The notes beneath the pieces were generated by a model. The model worked only from the letters and a program-made list of their open reading frames with translations, was not told the origin of the DNA and searched no databases. The position numbers were made by a program, and so were the translations under genes. DNA of 64,000 bases. It comes from Eukaryota sp. TZLM1-RC. Lineage: Eukaryota > Protista > Metamonada: BaSk clade. Location of the stretch: positions 124,001 to 188,000 of the forward strand of contig JAUPSS010000008.1 of NCBI GenBank assembly GCA_040285825.1, given 5' to 3'. Positions within the stretch are counted from its first letter, which is position 1. The number at the start of each line of letters is the position of its first letter. Shown here piece after piece: positions 58,853 to 64,000 of the stretch.

Positions 58853-61027
58853 CTATATGATAGTTTGAATTGGTAATTTGAAATGCTGATCCTTGTATTT
58901 GGTAGGTTTGATGGTTAACTTTTTGAACTTCAGAATCCTAGAGCAATCAACCACAAACAAAGCTTCAGAATCAGATTCTATTTGGATTTCATTAATAAAG
59001 TGCTCCAAGTAAACATCTTTGCTATCTTTGAAAACTTCAGGAACACAAGACAATAAAGACAAGGAAAGAAACTCATCGGATAGATTAGGAAATATACTTC
59101 CAATATAATCTTTGTGGATAAATGAAGAGGAAAAAAGGCTACTAGTTGAATTATTCCTAAAGTGATTAGAAATAGATAGAGAATAAACAGCACCAGAGTA
59201 GGTTACATCCTTACTGTGTTTACCGATAGAGTTCACTAGTGAATACCTTATATTGAGAGAAATGGAACTGTGATCAAACTCCCTTATTGCTCGTATCTCA
59301 TCAAGGCTAAGTTGATCCGAGTTAAATAACCAAGACTCAGAAGCTATATTGGATGCTAAAACTGAAGCCAGACAGCCAATATCCAAACAAGATACCATAT
59401 AATCAACGTTTGGTGTGTAACTTGAGTCATAGGATTCAATTGTCCACAAAGGAACATTGAGGGAATTATTGCCCAGAAGAAGGTAATTTGATAAAGAAAA
59501 TGATAAAAACGTATGGATTGATTGATCATAATCAGAGTTCTGTTTATAACAATTTTCTTCATTAGTGGAATTATAGAAACAAAAATTGCTATATCTTGGA
59601 AAAAATAATGGAGTTGGTATTAGGGAACAAATGCCGAGAAAAGGATGATAAATAAAGTGTGCATAGATAGAATCTATTTCAGACAGGCATTTAGCTATAT
59701 TAAAACATCCTGGATTCTCAGGTAAAACCCTTGGAATATAAAATATTTCTATATTATTAAGAAATAAGTCACGGCAAGAATCTAAGCAGTTGAACAAAGC
59801 AGCTCCAAATTCCGAAATACTGACGTCATCACCGCTCAGAATTAACTTGACTTTAGAAGACTTTGCAGAATATGAGAGAAAAAGCAAATGGTCAGCCAAA
59901 GAAGTATGATAAGAAATACATTCAAGCATTAACACCGGAAAGTTGATAATCATTGGTATAGATTGATTGACTGATTCTTTGAACCTTTTCAATATTAAAC
60001 CACCACTTTCTGTTACATTGTGGTCTTGAGTGGAATTTAGTAGACTTTCTAATAAAGAAGTGTGGGAATCTGTGAAAAAATAAAAGGCAAAGTCAGTTTT
60101 TGTTAGAGAATTTAGGTCAAAAAGGTAAGGAAACTGATCAAAAATGATTGATGATGTGATATCTCGTGATGAGGTGACATTTGATTGATTACCATTAGAT
60201 TTAAAATTTGCCCATCCAATTAGTCGATGGACCAGCTTACTAAATGGCCTAGCAAATTTTAAAAGAAGGGAATTCAAAAAATCCAGAAATGATTCATCAA
60301 TTTGACAATACAAACAGGACAATAACAGATAAAGCAAAGAAACTCCAAAAGAAATCTTTGTTCCTTTGCTGAAGCAAAACCTTAAAAACTGTATTATATG
60401 ATTATTATCAAATTTATTAAAACTACAATTATAAAGAATTGAACCACTGGCTGCACGTCCAGAAAGAATAACTGAGTAGTAAAAATGGGAGAATAATCCA
60501 TCAACTAATTGATTTGCAAAGGTAAAGGAAGGACAAAAAGAATAAGAAAAACGGTGTGATGATTTTACAAAATGATGAAACAATTCGAGAGGACCATTTG
60601 ACTGATTGAACGGAAGGAAAAGGGGGGAATCATGATGAGTTAGAAGACTGTTGAGCAGTGCACTTAGTTGAGTCAGTGCGGGATCGTGGAAGAAGATAGG
60701 ACCAGTTAAATGTAGGTAAGAAATTGTACAAGAAAGTTGTAAAGCCAGGGAACGAAGATACGAATCTAAAGCAGAGAAGGAAATAGGTTTAAGTTTATTC
60801 AATGCTTTGGAGTCCATTGCTAGAGAAAGAACGTCATGTAGAGGGGTTGAGGGGTGCTTGTTTAATAAGATTGAACAAAGCGACGCAATTACTGAAGAAA
60901 GAGCAAATGTAGCGGAATCAGGACGTTGAAATACCGTGGACCAAAAAGTCAATGACTGATGGTAAGAGAACCTTTCTTCAGATGTACTAATGGCAGATTC
61001 CAACAAGGAAGCAATATCGGTAACCAT
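58853..61027 (-). CDS. 724-aa protein, possibly PI3K regulatory p101/p84 (PIK3R5/6)-like
   Basis: Intact ORF; KLILSGDD, IEIFYIP, LSEIDSIY and terminal LPIQTI recall p101 motifs in the same order (recalled similarity only). Confidence 0.45.
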   Translation of the reverse strand: MVTDIASLLESAISTSEERFSYHQSLTFWSTVFQRPDSATFALSSVIASLCSILLNKHPSTPLHDVLSLAMDSKALNKLKPISFSALDSYLRSLALQLSCTISYLHLTGPIFFHDPALTQLSALLNSLLTHHDSPLFLPFNQSNGPLELFHHFVKSSHRFSYSFCPSFTFANQLVDGLFSHFYYSVILSGRAASGSILYNCSFNKFDNNHIIQFLRFCFSKGTKISFGVSLLYLLLSCLYCQIDESFLDFLNSLLLKFARPFSKLVHRLIGWANFKSNGNQSNVTSSRDITSSIIFDQFPYLFDLNSLTKTDFAFYFFTDSHTSLLESLLNSTQDHNVTESGGLILKRFKESVNQSIPMIINFPVLMLECISYHTSLADHLLFLSYSAKSSKVKLILSGDDVSISEFGAALFNCLDSCRDLFLNNIEIFYIPRVLPENPGCFNIAKCLSEIDSIYAHFIYHPFLGICSLIPTPLFFPRYSNFCFYNSTNEENCYKQNSDYDQSIHTFLSFSLSNYLLLGNNSLNVPLWTIESYDSSYTPNVDYMVSCLDIGCLASVLASNIASESWLFNSDQLSLDEIRAIREFDHSSISLNIRYSLVNSIGKHSKDVTYSGAVYSLSISNHFRNNSTSSLFSSSFIHKDYIGSIFPNLSDEFLSLSLLSCVPEVFKDSKDVYLEHFINEIQIESDSEALFVVDCSRILKFKKLTIKPTKYKDQHFKLPIQTII

Positions 61028-61080
61028 AATTAAAAGATGTTGAAGTGACCTTGAAAGTTTCTAGTTGAACTGATTCAATT

Positions 61081-61161
61081 TGTGGTTTTCATTTGAAATG
61101 CATACTTTCGTCAAGCATCATTCAAACTTATTCCAAGAACTTTCATTCTTGGTGAGATCGT
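61081..61161 (-). ncRNA. 3' half of candidate omegaRNA (copy of 45170-45250)
   Basis: 81-nt inverted copy with three substitutions, all structure-preserving. Confidence 0.65.
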
Positions 61162-61164
61162 CCA

Positions 61165-61830
61165 TCAGGGTAACCATCAACTTTCCGGCCTTGTTTTAAA
61201 TCCAAAGGCAAAGAATATTATTCAACCGCCTGTCATGACCCATGCATCACCAAATTGCCTTCTCGTACAGAATTTCCGCGAATATTTATATGAAATAGCA
61301 ACGCCTTTGATGTGGGTACCGACACAGGAAGAAATCAGCAATCCCAACTTCCGTCCGAGAACTATATTAGACCAACTGCTGATAAATGAAGATCGCCGAG
61401 TCCTGCGCTGCAACTAGTTTGATTTTTTCATAAAAAGGCAAAAAGAATAATGGGATTTATTGAAAAAATTAAACAGACGGCTAATGGAAGAAAAATTATA
61501 ATTTAGTTTGGCAGTGGAGGTAATGGGCCATCAAGACAATCTGTGAAAACCCCAAGGAAGCGCTTTTTGAAGGAGATTCAGAAACATTTTACATATGTGA
61601 AGCCTAATGGAGATGAATTCTACACATCTGCCAAAACGAATTGCTGTAAGGTGTTCAATCAAAAAGTGTATCACGATGATGGGAGGGTGAACAATGATAA
61701 GTTTGTATGCCTTCAATGTCAGACACTCTCGTCGAGGGACATCTCAGCTTCCAGAAACCAACTGGAGATTGCCATAAGTGAGCACTACTACAATAAAAGA
61801 CCGGAGGCGTTTCGGAGACCACGTAGATAA
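61165..61830 (+). pseudogene. Fanzor C-terminal half (subfamily X) with two in-frame stops
   Basis: FDFFIKRQKR, FGSGG, KTPRKRFL, GDEFYTS, NCC..CLQC, SRDISASRNQ, RPEAFRRP. Confidence 0.82.
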
Positions 61831-62000
61831 GTGCTTTTCCATGTATTGCGTACCTGTACGCGTATTGTGATGTTGCTGCTTTAACTATCATTTGATCGTG
61901 ATATCATATAGTGATAGAACTAAAGTGTGCTTAACGTCTATCAAGATTGCCTGAATTGGTCAAAAGCCAAAAATGTGTTTTGATAGAAATTCAAAAGTTC
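61831..62000 (+). ncRNA. Candidate Fanzor omegaRNA scaffold
   Basis: 3' of the stop; CGUAUUGUGAU motif, long hairpin (GAUGUUG/UAACGUC, GCUUUA/UAAAGU, CUAUCA/UGAUAG), second hairpin CUAUCAAGA/UUUUGAUAG. Confidence 0.5.
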
Positions 62001-62569
62001 AACTCAGGAAGAGGAAGTGGAGGTGGGGGAGCACCAGAAAAAGTACGAGGAGGGGGTGCAGCTGAAAGGGGTGGCGCAGCACAAGTTCTTGGCGCAGCTT
62101 GGGATGGAAGATCTGCAGTAGACTCGAGTTAAGACTCAAGAATAGCCATCAGTGCCTATACAGGCTGTCTTTTGTTAGTTATCTCCGCTAGTCCATTTTG
62201 TGGGATCCAATCTTTTATAGTCAATGTGTGAGCGCACTGAACGAAACCCATAATCTCTATAATAGAAAAGCCAATAATTTTAACAAGATCACTGGCGAAC
62301 TCAAATATAGTTGAATGAGGAGCAAAAGGTTCTTGGTCAAAGAGGGAAAGAAATGGTAAGGAAGAAACGGCTGTTGTGACTTGCCTTGGTAACATGTTTG
62401 TACTGAATAAAGGAATTAAATTGTGAAATTTTAGGAATTTATTAAATCCACAAACACCCTTGATTAAACGAAAAACTGCTTTGACTAACAACAATTTCAT
62501 CAAATTTCACATCAGTTTACCCTTTTTGGAAAAGAAAATGCTTAAATCAGATCCAATATCTATTATAAA

Positions 62570-63795
62570 TGTGCTGACATATCAATTTGTCCATGTTCTT
62601 TTGATTTGTGGATGTAAGAAGTTAAAAATAGACCAATTTTGAAAAGTAACTGAAACTCAGAAATCAATATTTCTGATTGTCTGTGCACCTTCCGTTTTCA
62701 GAAAGGTCTATGCAGTCATGGACACCCTTCATCGAGCCTGCACCCTTCATCAGTTCTTTGAGCAGCCAGTGTGTGATTATTTTGATTGACAGCTGACCAA
62801 GGTCACCACCATGGCTCACCTGGGCAGCTTGCTGGCCAGAGTTTTTGCTGTGCGCTTCGCTGAAGACAGTCATCTCCTGACTCAGCATCAATTTTGGATC
62901 GAGTGTTTTGACGTTGTGGCGGTCTCTAAGCCAAAAGTCAGACATCCATTCAACAGACCTAGCAAAGGCCATGTGTATGAGAAGCTCGAGCGAATCTTTA
63001 CATCATGGCCAATTGCTGTCTTGTTTTTGTCAAGAACAGGTCGTAATCATGCACTACCCACTAGTAGGCCTCTACAAAAACTAGTTGCTGCAAAGTGCCG
63101 CCAGCTGCAAGGCAACTACCAGCAGTTTTTTGCTGATGGACTTTTGTCGTGGAAGCTTAACTTCTTCCGCTCGTATGCAGTAGGTCATAACTGCCCTGCA
63201 CTAGCCACTTAAGCTGGCTCTGTTCTTCACAATAGCACGAACTTTCGTGAACCTCTTCTTTCTTGGTTCAACACACACCATACCATGGCTCTTACTCTGT
63301 TTAACTTCTTGGTTGGTGATCCTCAAAGATACCACACTCTTCTTTCTTCTCGAAGAGTGACCCTTAATCAAGGGAATAGTAGCTACAACTTTCGTTGCGG
63401 CTTAACAATCCAAAACCATCTGGAGCAAGCCTTCCACATACCTTTAGACGACATAGACTCACTCCCATCGCTAATTTGAAACCTGCTTTTGCCCCTTTTC
63501 CTAATGGGTTTTCAACCATTTTATTTCCAAAAACACATCATCAACAATTTTGAAAAACCCTTATTTATTTTTTAAAACAAAAGCTCATGACTACACCATG
63601 TCTTCTAATGGTGATAGTATCCGTATAACTTTCAAGCCGCACCCCAAAGCAACACGAGTGAGATTGTCCGGAGAAACCTTGGCTGATAAGAGATCCAGAG
63701 GGGAACTTGATTACTATGAAACCACTCGGAATAGAAAACATACCTTGCAAGTCAAGGTTGAACGACCAAAACCTCGCCAGAAAGCAAAAGCTACT
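62570..63795 (+). pseudogene. Fanzor N-terminal half (subfamily X) plus conserved upstream region; probable ATG at 62718
   Basis: Close paralog of 42030-43116; RACTLHQF...MAHLGSLL...FWIECF, FHIPLDD, SSNGDSIRITF; truncated before RuvC-I. Confidence 0.78.
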
Positions 63796-64000
63796 AATTA
63801 TAGTAATTATAGTATTTGCCAAAAAATTCATAAATTCATAATTTCTTTTTGGTAGAAATTCACAATACATTTGCAAAAAGGACACTTATTTCGTTGTTAC
63901 AGACAACATCTATAAGAATGAGTGAATATCTGAGTGGTGGGCTCAGATAGCTTAGTTAATGTTATTAAGATGTTGTAATCATGAGTTGAGGCTTCAATAT

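Noticed and set aside
45170-61161. 16-kb transposon bounded by 81-bp TIRs
   Set aside because: The interior is ordinary host genes, no TSD or transposase was found, and the repeat covaries like an RNA structure.
61947-62503. G-rich ORF 61947-62132 and opposite ORF 62156-62503 as genes
   Set aside because: Low-complexity, interrupted by stops, no recognisable domain.

Overview
AT-rich eukaryotic (protist-like) DNA using the standard code, with compact genes and 28-34 nt GT-AG introns. Host genes: PHD-finger protein, telomerase RT (TERT, split by a 1-nt frameshift in an A7 run), proteasome alpha1, tRNA-Leu(CAA), TORTIFOLIA1/SPIRAL2-like HEAT/coiled-coil protein, POP5, V-ATPase c'', HAUS4-like, a subtilisin-EGF-CUB membrane protease, TTLL4/5-like glutamylase, a 7TM protein and a possible PI3K p101/p84-like protein. 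Between them lies a dense nested mosaic of mobile DNA: roughly 6-7 families of CRE-clade RLE non-LTR retrotransposons (labelled A-G here; several with 11-14 bp TSDs), one NeSL/HERO-like LINE, and two Ty3/gypsy-type LTR elements that share an unusual palindromic primer-binding region. The main finding is five degenerate coding loci of Fanzor (eukaryotic TnpB-like RNA-guided nuclease) genes from two subfamilies, one reconstructable end to end after removing a TSD-flanked LINE. Each locus that retains its 3' end is followed by a hairpin-rich non-coding segment (candidate omegaRNA); two further such segments occur without their gene, and one pair of copies differs only by compensatory base changes. 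Three of these modules end just upstream of host start codons. All assignments come from motif recognition by eye; no database search or folding program was run.
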